Sequence record: KM058087.1
Direction: 5' to 3' (one strand)
DNA length: 32,000 bases
Source of the DNA: Cronobacter phage vB_CsaP_Ss1
Made by a program: the position numbers and the translations under genes. Positions 19,330 through 28,200 of this stretch are shown piece by piece (positions within the stretch are counted from its first letter, which is position 1; the number at the start of each line of letters is the position of its first letter). Under the pieces are notes generated by a model. That model saw nothing but the letters and a program-made list of their open reading frames with translations, did no database searches and had not been told where the DNA came from.

Positions 19330-22124
19330 TACTTCGGCTCCACTTTGTAGTATTGATTAAGATTAACGATTTCAGACACATCAATAGTCCTCCAATCGCC
19401 TTTTATTGTGCCACGCAATAAATACCAATCTTTGCCTATGCGCCCCTTCTCAGCTATATCTTTACCGAATGCCTCATATTGCAGGCGTCCAATTTTACAA
19501 CTAATCATATCAGTGTCGTCCTCTATCTTAAAGTTGAGATAGAAACGATTCTCTGTAATTCGTTCTCCACCACGCTTCTCCAAGAACACTTGCTCATTGA
19601 GGTCACGCAGGTTTCGGTCAACCAGCTTTCCAATGATGACATACTCGCCACGTCCATTGACATCTTTGATATAAGATGGCTTCGTATCTAGTCCTGCAGA
19701 AGCTGGGTCTGAGTATAAGAATCCAAAATAATGCTCTGCAGGGAAAAGGATGTCAAGCTCAGTCTCTGGTTGCATAAGAGCCTTAAACAGACTTGGAGTG
19801 AGTTTGCCCTTTCCATTTCTAGCATTAATAATCTGTTTAGCTTTTGCTGGCCCAATCCCTTTGATATTAGTGAGTCCACCAATGAGGGTTTTTCCATGAG
19901 CTGTCCATCCAAGCCCTGATAAGTCAGGGTCAACTGGTTTATAATTGAACCCTTCATTTATCACGAAATCCCGTAACAGTTTGATTGCTGAATCAGAATC
20001 TGTAGCGTGGTTGAGACAGGCCACTGCAAACTCTGCTGGGAAGTTGGCTTTACAATATGCTGTCCAGTAGGATACCAGCCCATATGACACAGCGTGCGAT
20101 TTGTTGAACGACCACGAGCCTGATGCTGAGATGTCAACCCAGAGTTGTTCGCTAACTTCTTGACTGTATCCATTTGCTAATGCCCCTGCAATGAACTTAT
20201 CTTTGTAGCGTGAGAAGAACTCATCACCCATTGACTTGGAAGCTGCACGGCGCAGGTCAGAAGTATCTTCCCAGCTCAGCCCGCCAATCATACGAGCAAT
20301 GTTCATCATCTGCTCTTGATATACAACGATACCGTAAGTATCCCCAGTAATGTCACGATGCACATCACTGTAGTAAGTAGCTTGCTCCTGTCCTGTGGAA
20401 TACTTAATATAACGAGCAGTACCGCCAGAGTTAAGAGCACCGGGGCGTGCCAGTGCTGTGATTGCAACAATGTCATCAAAGTGGTTAACCCCCATCTGCT
20501 TCACGATGATTTGCAGAGCCTGACCCTCGAACTGGAACACGCCGTTCAAGCGGAGATTCTTCATCATGTCAAAGGTTGCTTTGTCATCAGTCGGAATCGT
20601 GTAGAACCACTTGTAAGGTTTGCCAAGCTGTTCCGCTACTTCTTCCAAAATGGAAAGAGTCCTGAGTCCCAGACAGTCAATCTTCAGAAGTCCGAGATAT
20701 TCAGCATCCTTCTTATCCATTTGGATAATGTCGTCACGCTCGTTGATTGAACCGTATGTGGCAAGCTCTTCTGTAGAAACCAGGATTCCAGCAGCATGCT
20801 TTCCAGCGTGACTGGCATGTCCTTCGATATGAGAGACCAATGACATAGCTGGATAGCGTTCGATAAACTTTTGCCCTGCCTCTGTTGTCTCAAATGTGTC
20901 TGCAATACACATTGCGGCTCGTGCATCACCTGAGCTCCTTTCAATGATAGCATCCTTGACCTCTGCTGTTTCATAAGCAGGAATCTCCAATGCTTTGGCG
21001 AACTCACCGATGGCAGACTTCGCCTTCAGTCGGTTAACGTTAGCAAGCGCACGCACCTTCTTAGCACCATACTTATGCTTTAGATAGTTAACAACATTCT
21101 CACGCTTGTGGTCAGGGAAGTCAACGTCAATATCTGGCAAGTCGTGACGGTTGATGTCAATGAAACGTTCAAATATTAACTGATGCTTGATTGGGTCAAC
21201 TTCTGTAATGCCCATCAGGTAGCAGACCAGCGAGCCAGCGGAAGAACCACGGGCTGGACCAATCAACATGGTACGCTTTGAGTGGCGAATCATATCAGCT
21301 ACAATCAAGAAATAGTCAGTATAGTCTTTCTTCTTGATCAGCTCCATCTCACGCTCAAAGCGAGCCTGATATTCATCAGTCCAGCTTTCTACTTTTTTGA
21401 AGTCCATGAACTTCGTCAAGTCATGATCACCAGACCAGTGCACCATGCCAGCCTTTGGCAGAGTTATGTGTTCAATTTCTTCATTGATCACATAAGTGAA
21501 GTCAATAGCAGATTGGCTGTTGTACTCATTGAACCACTCTCGCTCTGTCAGGATATGCTGCGGGTAAATCTCCTGATTGAACATATGGTTTACTGAGTCG
21601 CCGTTACCCTTCCTAGCGCCCGCTAAGAGCTGATAAACGCTTTCATCCTGTAGCGTAGGATAGTTATTAGTTACTATCGCTACCCGCGTTTGTTCTCCGC
21701 TTAGATTCGGCCAGCCTTGCCCAATGGCTACATAGTCAGATAGCTCGCTTTCAATTGGAGAGATAATCACAACGTTACCAGTACGCTTAATGTTTGAGTA
21801 ATTCAAACGTGGGATGTAGTAAAAATTTTTCCACGCTAAATCCACATACTGGTAGATTTCCTTTAAGCCTTCTTCATTCTTGGCAAGGAATATCCAAGGA
21901 AGGGCAGCGCTGCGCTGCTTACTTTCATCTGGGAGACAGAACAGACGAACACCATAGATAGGTTTGAATCCATGCTTCTTGGATTCCTTCTCCAAACCTA
22001 CATGACCAAAAGTATTGTGGAGGTCAGCGACCCCCACAGCACCATTGGCATGCTTATGAATATCCTTCATATGCAGGAAACACTGCTTGAAGGTAAACTC
22101 AGTTTGCAATGCCAAATGAATCAT
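19329..22124 (-). CDS. dnaE-like: DNA polymerase III alpha-subunit-like (C-family, DnaE type) polymerase
   Basis: 931 aa; 'GPARGSSAGSLVCYLMGITEVDPI', 'LPDIDVDFPDHKR', 'LLKIDCLGLRTL', 'GIVVYQEQMM', 'SHAVSYGLVSYWTAYCKANFPAEF'. Confidence 0.93.
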   Translation of the reverse strand: MIHLALQTEFTFKQCFLHMKDIHKHANGAVGVADLHNTFGHVGLEKESKKHGFKPIYGVRLFCLPDESKQRSAALPWIFLAKNEEGLKEIYQYVDLAWKNFYYIPRLNYSNIKRTGNVVIISPIESELSDYVAIGQGWPNLSGEQTRVAIVTNNYPTLQDESVYQLLAGARKGNGDSVNHMFNQEIYPQHILTEREWFNEYNSQSAIDFTYVINEEIEHITLPKAGMVHWSGDHDLTKFMDFKKVESWTDEYQARFEREMELIKKKDYTDYFLIVADMIRHSKRTMLIGPARGSSAGSLVCYLMGITEVDPIKHQLIFERFIDINRHDLPDIDVDFPDHKRENVVNYLKHKYGAKKVRALANVNRLKAKSAIGEFAKALEIPAYETAEVKDAIIERSSGDARAAMCIADTFETTEAGQKFIERYPAMSLVSHIEGHASHAGKHAAGILVSTEELATYGSINERDDIIQMDKKDAEYLGLLKIDCLGLRTLSILEEVAEQLGKPYKWFYTIPTDDKATFDMMKNLRLNGVFQFEGQALQIIVKQMGVNHFDDIVAITALARPGALNSGGTARYIKYSTGQEQATYYSDVHRDITGDTYGIVVYQEQMMNIARMIGGLSWEDTSDLRRAASKSMGDEFFSRYKDKFIAGALANGYSQEVSEQLWVDISASGSWSFNKSHAVSYGLVSYWTAYCKANFPAEFAVACLNHATDSDSAIKLLRDFVINEGFNYKPVDPDLSGLGWTAHGKTLIGGLTNIKGIGPAKAKQIINARNGKGKLTPSLFKALMQPETELDILFPAEHYFGFLYSDPASAGLDTKPSYIKDVNGRGEYVIIGKLVDRNLRDLNEQVFLEKRGGERITENRFYLNFKIEDDTDMISCKIGRLQYEAFGKDIAEKGRIGKDWYLLRGTIKGDWRTIDVSEIVNLNQYYKVEPK
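21596..21711. other. CA/TG-depleted island 4 (inside DnaE-like CDS)
   Basis: 116 bp with 1 CA and 3 TG. Confidence 0.65.
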
Positions 22125-22690
22125 AATTTGATCATCCCCATTTCAACGAGTTTCTTGAAGCAACGAATCATTGCCTGGACGTCAACCTTAGCTCTGTGAG
22201 CACCTTCGAACGGTTCACCAAACAACTCTTTGTGCAGGTTGCTCAGAGTAAGACGGCGCTGTTCAATTGACATTGAAGCCTGAACAGTACAAATCTTACG
22301 AGGTGGGAAAGGCATGTGCACAATCTTGCCAATGCGGCTAATCTCATTAGCCATCATCGCTGTATCAAATGCACAGTTATGGGCTACCCAGGCATCAACA
22401 CCAACATGGAACTGCTGGATGCGAGGGAAGATGTCACCAAAGGTTGGAGCACCTTTAACCATCAACGGCGTGATGCCAGTGATGCGAGTGATCTCTTCTG
22501 AGATTGGGCCTTTTGGAGTAAGGAAGGTATCAATCTCATCAATCTGCTCAATGACGCCGTCAGAGCGGAAGATGAGCTTGGCCATATACAGCTCGATGAT
22601 CTCTGGCTGCTTTTCAAGCTCGACAACGTTTGGTTTGATGAGTCCCGTCGTCTCGGTGTCGAACCCAACTACTATAATTTCGTTATGCAT
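22121..22690 (-). CDS. DnaQ-like 3'-5' exonuclease (epsilon-like)
   Basis: 189 aa; '[10 protein letters not shown]', '[10 protein letters not shown]', '[10 protein letters not shown]' (ExoI/II/III DEDDh pattern); overlaps the polymerase start. Confidence 0.88.
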   Translation of the reverse strand: MHNEIIVVGFDTETTGLIKPNVVELEKQPEIIELYMAKLIFRSDGVIEQIDEIDTFLTPKGPISEEITRITGITPLMVKGAPTFGDIFPRIQQFHVGVDAWVAHNCAFDTAMMANEISRIGKIVHMPFPPRKICTVQASMSIEQRRLTLSNLHKELFGEPFEGAHRAKVDVQAMIRCFKKLVEMGMIKL

Positions 22691-23129
22691 TTCTTTTAAC
22701 TCCTTTCTTAGCTAGTGATATGTTTTTGCAATGTTCAGCTGTTCTAATTCTACCAGTTAATTTTGCAATTGTTTCTGGTGAATGCTTCCGTCCTTTCCAT
22801 GGATTGTTTGTTCTTCCCTTTGCTACCATGTCTTCAGAGTTTTCTTTATTTGTGCCAGCAAATAAGTGCTCTGGATTAACACACCAACGATTATCACAAG
22901 TATGGCAAATGATAAATCCATCAGGTATTCTTCCATGTTCTAATAGATATGATACTCTGTGTGCACCATGATATACAACATCACCAATTTTGAATTGTGC
23001 CTTGCCATATCCATTAGGATTGAATGTTCCCTGCCACCTCATGCATCCATTGGCATCAGGTTCACCAATCTTAGCAATAAATGAATCAACCTTTTTCTGA
23101 ATTGACCATCTTGCCATATTATTCTCCAT
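22683..23129 (-). CDS. HNH homing endonuclease (II)
   Basis: 148 aa; '[52 protein letters not shown]' is a classic HNH_3 sequence. Confidence 0.92.
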   Translation of the reverse strand: MENNMARWSIQKKVDSFIAKIGEPDANGCMRWQGTFNPNGYGKAQFKIGDVVYHGAHRVSYLLEHGRIPDGFIICHTCDNRWCVNPEHLFAGTNKENSEDMVAKGRTNNPWKGRKHSPETIAKLTGRIRTAEHCKNISLAKKGVKRNA

Positions 23130-23158
23130 TAAGCCCTCCTGAGAGGGCTGTTTATCAA

Positions 23159-23839
23159 TTAAAGTTTTTCGCCGTAGTACATTTCTGCCATCAGCTCAAG
23201 ATAGTGTCTAGCTTTGCGCAGGTCACCCATGCCGTTCTTATCAGCGTGTCGCAGAATGTACTTCTGAGCATTAGCTTCCAGAACTGGAATGTTGTTTGCC
23301 ACTACAAACTCAATCGGCTGAATCTTGTACTTCTTGTAGTGGTCTCCGCCTTCCTGAATGTCCAGAGCTGAATTAACAGGAGTGAAAGCAGGTTCATTCT
23401 TCATAGAATGAAGGACTGACTTAACACGAGTTTTATGATCATACCATGTTTCTGCTGCAATTGCCATATGATCATGACCAGGCAAACCAGACATATGAGC
23501 TCCATCAGAATACATGACAAACTCTCCTGTATTTTTTATTACCTGAATGGCACGGTCGTCCCAGAACTCACTAAAGAACTTATGCTTGACAGCAGTGATT
23601 CCTTCAAACTTGATGTTGTTCTTAATGAGCCAATCATGAACATACTTGCCAGCTTGCTCTGCATCACTAGGGTCAGATACACGCGCTGTAAAAATCCAAA
23701 CATCAGCGCCTTCTTTCTGAGCACGCTCAATGGCATTTGCAACTTCTGGAATAACAGACCCAATGTGCTCGATGCCTTTCCATCCATCATAATAAGCCAG
23801 AGTTCCATCTAGGTCAACTGCAATAATACGCTTAGCCAT
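23159..23839 (-). CDS. HAD-like hydrolase fused to DUF3310-like domain
   Basis: From [20 protein letters not shown] (HAD motif I DxDGT); C-terminal '[21 protein letters not shown]...[24 protein letters not shown]' is DUF3310-like. Start at 23839 overlaps the thyX stop. Confidence 0.82.
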   Translation of the reverse strand: MAKRIIAVDLDGTLAYYDGWKGIEHIGSVIPEVANAIERAQKEGADVWIFTARVSDPSDAEQAGKYVHDWLIKNNIKFEGITAVKHKFFSEFWDDRAIQVIKNTGEFVMYSDGAHMSGLPGHDHMAIAAETWYDHKTRVKSVLHSMKNEPAFTPVNSALDIQEGGDHYKKYKIQPIEFVVANNIPVLEANAQKYILRHADKNGMGDLRKARHYLELMAEMYYGEKL

Positions 23840-24548
23840 TGTTACGAACCTTATCAATGAGTTTGAGGAGTTGAGTGCACATATCTGTGCCCTCGTAACT
23901 GTCAAGGATTGCACTCTCCAGACGCTTCAAGTCATCATACTTGCTTGAGCGGAGGAATGATGCACACCATGGTTCCGCTTGTACTACAGCTTCATACATG
24001 GCATCCAGAACCTGACGATATTCATCCTGAGTGCGATTGCTCGCCCTGCTCAACATCATTTTAGACAGAGCGCGCAGGTTAAACTTAGCAATTATATTTG
24101 TGCTGATGTTAGTAGGGAGGATGCCACGGGCATCTTCAATTTTTGCACCACTCTTAATCAGCTCTTTATACACCGCTGAGATTTGAGCCATTGCTGCATC
24201 ATACATTGCCTGCAAACGCTCGTCGCCTGCAATTGATGGCCCAGTGATGTATTTGAAGTCGCCCATGTCCAGAATACGCATTGTCTGCTGTGCATAGCTG
24301 CCCAGACGATTGCGAACAAACTGATGAGTGAAGCCACGGCTGACACCTTCTATACAAAAAGTAAAATCCACAAACTCCCAACTAGACTTAATAGTATCGA
24401 CCATATAATCCAGTTCTTTCTGCAGTTTCTCTTCACTGTACAGGCTGATGACATCCAGTAGACCAGTTGTAACATTGAGGCGGGTTGACTTGGTGAACAC
24501 AAGCAGTTCACGTGCGTTCTGAGTATGACTTACAAGAGTTACTTTCAT
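23832..24548 (-). CDS. thyX: flavin-dependent thymidylate synthase
   Basis: 238 aa; 'FTHQFVRNRLGSYAQQTMR' (RHRxxSxxxxSxR-like motif variant), 'ILPTNISTNIIAKFNLRALSKMMLSRASNRTQDEYR'. Confidence 0.88.
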   Translation of the reverse strand: MKVTLVSHTQNARELLVFTKSTRLNVTTGLLDVISLYSEEKLQKELDYMVDTIKSSWEFVDFTFCIEGVSRGFTHQFVRNRLGSYAQQTMRILDMGDFKYITGPSIAGDERLQAMYDAAMAQISAVYKELIKSGAKIEDARGILPTNISTNIIAKFNLRALSKMMLSRASNRTQDEYRQVLDAMYEAVVQAEPWCASFLRSSKYDDLKRLESAILDSYEGTDMCTQLLKLIDKVRNNG

Positions 24549-25447
24549 TTAGTTTTCCCCAACATTCGGTCATATGCCGAAGTCTTTAACATTGATTCAA
24601 TCCGCTGTATATCATTGACTACATCATCAAGCAGAATCTTACGCCATGTAGCGTGGCGGCCCAGAGAGTAAATACCCAGCGCTGTTGTAATATCATACAT
24701 CAGCTGCTTACGATACTCTTCTTCCAGAGGCTCAAACTTACCAATCTTCTGTTCCATATTGAACAGACCAATGGCATGAACTGAACCACAACTCAATCCG
24801 AAAGTATCAACTACCTTTCGTGCATCATCATTAGTGATTGGCCGCATTGATTCAATGATCAATTGGCTGCCTGTCATCGATGCTCTATAGATTGGAGTAT
24901 CAAGTTCAGGGAAGTAAATCGTCTGGTACAAATCACAATGAGTGAAGTCTACCGTTGTTACATAAATCGGCGCGCTTGCTAATGCTTCTTTTGGAAGCTG
25001 CGCATCCAGTTTAAACTTATCCACCAGAACAGATAGCGGAAGTGTACTGATAACAGGCGTTGTCATTTTGGTCAGCGGAACACAACTACCGAATAATATT
25101 CTATCTTTGTGATGTTCTAACATCTGCTGATGAAAATCAATCGGAGCAATGTAACGAATTGCTGGTTCAATATTGCCAATACTACGCTCTGAATAACCGC
25201 CTGTTACCTTCAAGCTGTAGTGATTCATATGGCGCAAGTTAGGGGTAACAAAACCTCCGCTAACTGAAACAGCCTTATGTACCAGAACTTTCCTGAATGG
25301 TATTCCTGTTAGTTTCGACACCTCCTCAGTGCGGAATCTTAGGACAGCTTTGTGAACTCTTGGTTCTTTTAAGTATTCATGGATTACTGCATCTTTAAAG
25401 GCATACGCGGCGATTAGCCCCGTCAGGCCTGCGCCAATTATATTCAT
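24545..25447 (-). CDS. FAD/NAD(P)-binding oxidoreductase-like protein
   Basis: 300 aa; N-terminal Rossmann 'MNIIGAGLTGLIAAYAFKDAVIHEY'; overlaps thyX. Confidence 0.6.
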   Translation of the reverse strand: MNIIGAGLTGLIAAYAFKDAVIHEYLKEPRVHKAVLRFRTEEVSKLTGIPFRKVLVHKAVSVSGGFVTPNLRHMNHYSLKVTGGYSERSIGNIEPAIRYIAPIDFHQQMLEHHKDRILFGSCVPLTKMTTPVISTLPLSVLVDKFKLDAQLPKEALASAPIYVTTVDFTHCDLYQTIYFPELDTPIYRASMTGSQLIIESMRPITNDDARKVVDTFGLSCGSVHAIGLFNMEQKIGKFEPLEEEYRKQLMYDITTALGIYSLGRHATWRKILLDDVVNDIQRIESMLKTSAYDRMLGKTK

Positions 25448-25462
25448 AAAGTATTCCTGATG

Positions 25463-25486
25463 AAAAGGGAGCCATAAAGGCTCCCT
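25463..25486 (-). terminator. intrinsic terminator, leftward
   Basis: GGGAGCC-ATAAA-GGCTCCC hairpin, with TTTT on the minus strand (plus 25463-25466 AAAA). Confidence 0.8.
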
Positions 25487-25508
25487 CAGTTAGTGCTAGC
25501 TTTTGCTA

Positions 25509-26138
25509 TTATTCAGCAGCTACGCCAGCGATGCGGTTCACCAGACGGTGGATTGCCAGGTAGTGAGACTGATGACGCTTAACGTTCTCAGTTGTCTCTT
25601 CATGGCCATCAGTGCCCTGGATGAAGGCAGTTGCCTGCTCGACGGTAGAGGTTGGGTTGGCAACCAGCCATTCGTAGAACTTGGCAGCAAAACCAGTTTT
25701 CGCTTCGCCAGTACCGCCTTTGGCTTTCTTGAACGCTTCGATGCCATTTTTCTTGGCATACGCGCGGATCAGAGCTGCAGCAGATTTGTCAGTGGAACCA
25801 GACAGGCGAGCCATCAGCTCTTCAACTTTGGCATTGAAGGTTGCTTCATCAGCCAGATCAGCGCCGTTCAGAACATCAAGCAGAATCTGGTCTTTCTCTT
25901 CTTTGCTGACGGTCAGACCGGCATCAACAGAGAACTGGTTGAACAGGCGGGTAACGTTTTTGAAGGTAGCACCAGCGCCGATCATGTCCAGCTTGATGTC
26001 ATCTTCTTCTTTGCCAGCTGCATGAGCGGCGTCGAACGCAGCGCGGATTGCCACTTCCAGATCAGCTTTCTGCTCGGTGTTCTCACCAGCTTCAGTGTTC
26101 ATTGTTTCGTTAACAGTTTCGTCTTTAACTTTAGGCAT
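25509..26138 (-). CDS. hypothetical phage protein
   Basis: 209 aa, well-formed ORF with RBS (CTCTCC on plus strand) upstream, between terminator and HNH gene. Confidence 0.7.
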   Translation of the reverse strand: MPKVKDETVNETMNTEAGENTEQKADLEVAIRAAFDAAHAAGKEEDDIKLDMIGAGATFKNVTRLFNQFSVDAGLTVSKEEKDQILLDVLNGADLADEATFNAKVEELMARLSGSTDKSAAALIRAYAKKNGIEAFKKAKGGTGEAKTGFAAKFYEWLVANPTSTVEQATAFIQGTDGHEETTENVKRHQSHYLAIHRLVNRIAGVAAE

Positions 26139-26151
26139 TTTAATCTCTCCA

Positions 26152-26308
26152 GAGAGGTTTAGGTTAGCGCCTTATCGCGCCGTTGATAAAGAGTATAGAC
26201 GTTCTATCGTTCGCCGTCTACTATTATTTTACGATAACGGCGTATAGGTCGAAATAATTTATCGCCCCTATCGCCCCGATTGTACCTAGATTTTAAAACG
26301 TTGTAATC
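26152..26308. other. CA/TG-depleted island 5 (HNH III 3' end plus intergenic)
   Basis: 157 bp with 0 CA and 3 TG; CA/TG-free run 26186-26280 (95 bp). Confidence 0.8.
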
Positions 26309-26632
26309 CAAATCTAATGATTCACACCACTCAATCAGTAGCATTTCAACTCCATCATGAGTTACAAATATTGCATTCTCCTTATTCCTTGAGTTCTCAA
26401 TAGGCAAAGACCATTTGCAATTGTCTTTGCAATATGGACCATCGTTATCAATCCTATCCAATGTGTGTCCAATTGGTCTTTTGCCCATATCTGAAACAAA
26501 TGTGTCAAATGAATTAATCCATTCATCACATACAGTTATACCACGACCTCCATATCTGTGATACCATTCTGTGTTTGGATTTAAACACCTTTGTTTCATT
26601 GATTGCCAGGTGTGATACAACTCATGTTTCAT
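26204..26632 (-). CDS. HNH homing endonuclease (III)
   Basis: 142 aa; 'YHTWQSMKQRCLNPNTEWYHRYGGRGITVCDEWINSFDTFVSDMGKRPIGHTLDRIDNDGPYCKDNCKWSLPIENSRNK'. Confidence 0.92.
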   Translation of the reverse strand: MKHELYHTWQSMKQRCLNPNTEWYHRYGGRGITVCDEWINSFDTFVSDMGKRPIGHTLDRIDNDGPYCKDNCKWSLPIENSRNKENAIFVTHDGVEMLLIEWCESLDLDYNVLKSRYNRGDRGDKLFRPIRRYRKIIVDGER

Positions 26633-28200
26633 TAGAATACACTCTCAGTTATATTAAAGTATTTTCCAACCTTCTGCACTCGGATACGTGACGCCTTCTT
26701 TAGCTCTCCAACATGTGGCATAAACTCTGCGACTGTATCAGTTGGTTTACCACCACGATATGTAATCCAGTGACGAGCTTTATCTCTTGCAAATCCTTTG
26801 TGTTCAAGACATATATGTTCACGGATTTTCCTGTCTCCACAATGATAGGTAACCACCAACGTGGAAGGTCTAGCAGATTCTGCTTTTCGCTCGTAAGTAA
26901 TATCATCAACGATTATCCAAACAGGCTCGCCACTGTCAATGATTGCTGCGTTGTAAGCAGAAGGAGTAAGTCCATGTTGACGAGGGAACACATGGCCACA
27001 CTCAGGACAACGTCTAGCCTGAGCCAGAACGTATGTATCACAGTTCGGGCATTGCTTCATAGGTGGCTCACCACCTTCTTTTCCCTTGCCTTTAATCTTA
27101 ATCACAGGGTCGTTAATTGGACCAAGCCGCTCATGGTTCCCAGCAAAATCAAGAATAAGGCAATCAGATTTGCCAGGAAAAGTACGAGAACCACGTCCAT
27201 CCATCTGTACATGTAGTACCGGACTTTCAGTAGGGCGTAAAATACAAATAAGGTCAATGGCAGGATGGTCAAACCCAGTAGTAAGAATATCCACGTTGAC
27301 AATTGCATCATACTTAAACTCCTTGATGTCAGATATAATCTTGTCACGGTCGAATCCATACTCTTCCATCTTGGAGTGTACAACAATGGTCTTCTTGCCA
27401 CGACGTATCAGCCATTCCGCTATGTGGTCGGCGTGCTTCATATCAATAGCAAAGAACAGCCACTGCTTACGACCTTCACCTTTCAACATCACTTCTTCAA
27501 GAATGGCATCAGTAACTGCTTCCCTGTCAAATTCATCTGACAGGTCTTTCAAGTTGAAATCACCACCAGTCATTTTAATGTTGGCAGTATCCATCTTGAA
27601 GCCAGTGCCCTTAGCAATCAGCGGGCTGAGGTATCCAAGTTTGACCAGTTCAACAAACTTCTCTTTATGGGTCCAGTCATGCACGACTTCATCAAATAAG
27701 TGGTGAGCTGCGTCTCCAAAAATATACCCCGTCCCCAGTCGGAAATAAGTCGCTGTGTATCCAATCCATGGGGCTGTGAGGACAGCACGCAGTTTTCTAT
27801 ACATCGAGTTTTCATCATAGGAAATGCGATGGCATTCATCCACAATGATATAGTCAAACTGTTGAAAGAGTTCTGGTTTACGATAGATTGACTGGATGGA
27901 AGCGGCTGTAACATCTTTAATCTCAAAGCGATTTGCTTTAGCGGAATATAAGCCAACTGACACCCCTGTGTAGTCCTGAATTGACTTAGCATTCTGAGAT
28001 ATGATTTCGTACACGTGAGACACGACAAGCACTTTACGCTTATTGCGTAATGCCCACATGACAAAGTCAGCAATGCAATATGATTTGCCAGCACCAGTAG
28101 GAAGCGCAACAATTGGGTTCTTTTTACCCTTATGCTTGCGCAAATAATTTACTACATTTGGCGTGGCATCCTTCTGGTGAACTCGCAATTCAATCGACAT
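26632..28200 (-). CDS. superfamily 2 DEAD/DEAH-type helicase
   Basis: 'VALPTGAGKSYCIADF' (Walker A), 'YIIVDECHRIS', 'ILTTGFDHPAIDLICILRPTESPVLHVQMDGRGSR'. Start at 28200 (MSIELRVHQKDA) overlapping the upstream gene's stop. Confidence 0.92.
   Translation of the reverse strand: MSIELRVHQKDATPNVVNYLRKHKGKKNPIVALPTGAGKSYCIADFVMWALRNKRKVLVVSHVYEIISQNAKSIQDYTGVSVGLYSAKANRFEIKDVTAASIQSIYRKPELFQQFDYIIVDECHRISYDENSMYRKLRAVLTAPWIGYTATYFRLGTGYIFGDAAHHLFDEVVHDWTHKEKFVELVKLGYLSPLIAKGTGFKMDTANIKMTGGDFNLKDLSDEFDREAVTDAILEEVMLKGEGRKQWLFFAIDMKHADHIAEWLIRRGKKTIVVHSKMEEYGFDRDKIISDIKEFKYDAIVNVDILTTGFDHPAIDLICILRPTESPVLHVQMDGRGSRTFPGKSDCLILDFAGNHERLGPINDPVIKIKGKGKEGGEPPMKQCPNCDTYVLAQARRCPECGHVFPRQHGLTPSAYNAAIIDSGEPVWIIVDDITYERKAESARPSTLVVTYHCGDRKIREHICLEHKGFARDKARHWITYRGGKPTDTVAEFMPHVGELKKASRIRVQKVGKYFNITESVF

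Noticed and set aside
23132-23149. Hairpin AGCCCTC-CTGA-GAGGGCT between HAD and HNH II genes
   Set aside because: Stem is good but no convincing T-tract on either strand; not called as a terminator.
25503-26162. 219-aa plus-strand ORF opposite the 209-aa leftward gene
   Set aside because: Cys/Phe/Ser-rich shadow ORF against the direction of the operon; the minus-strand ORF has proper RBS and spacing.
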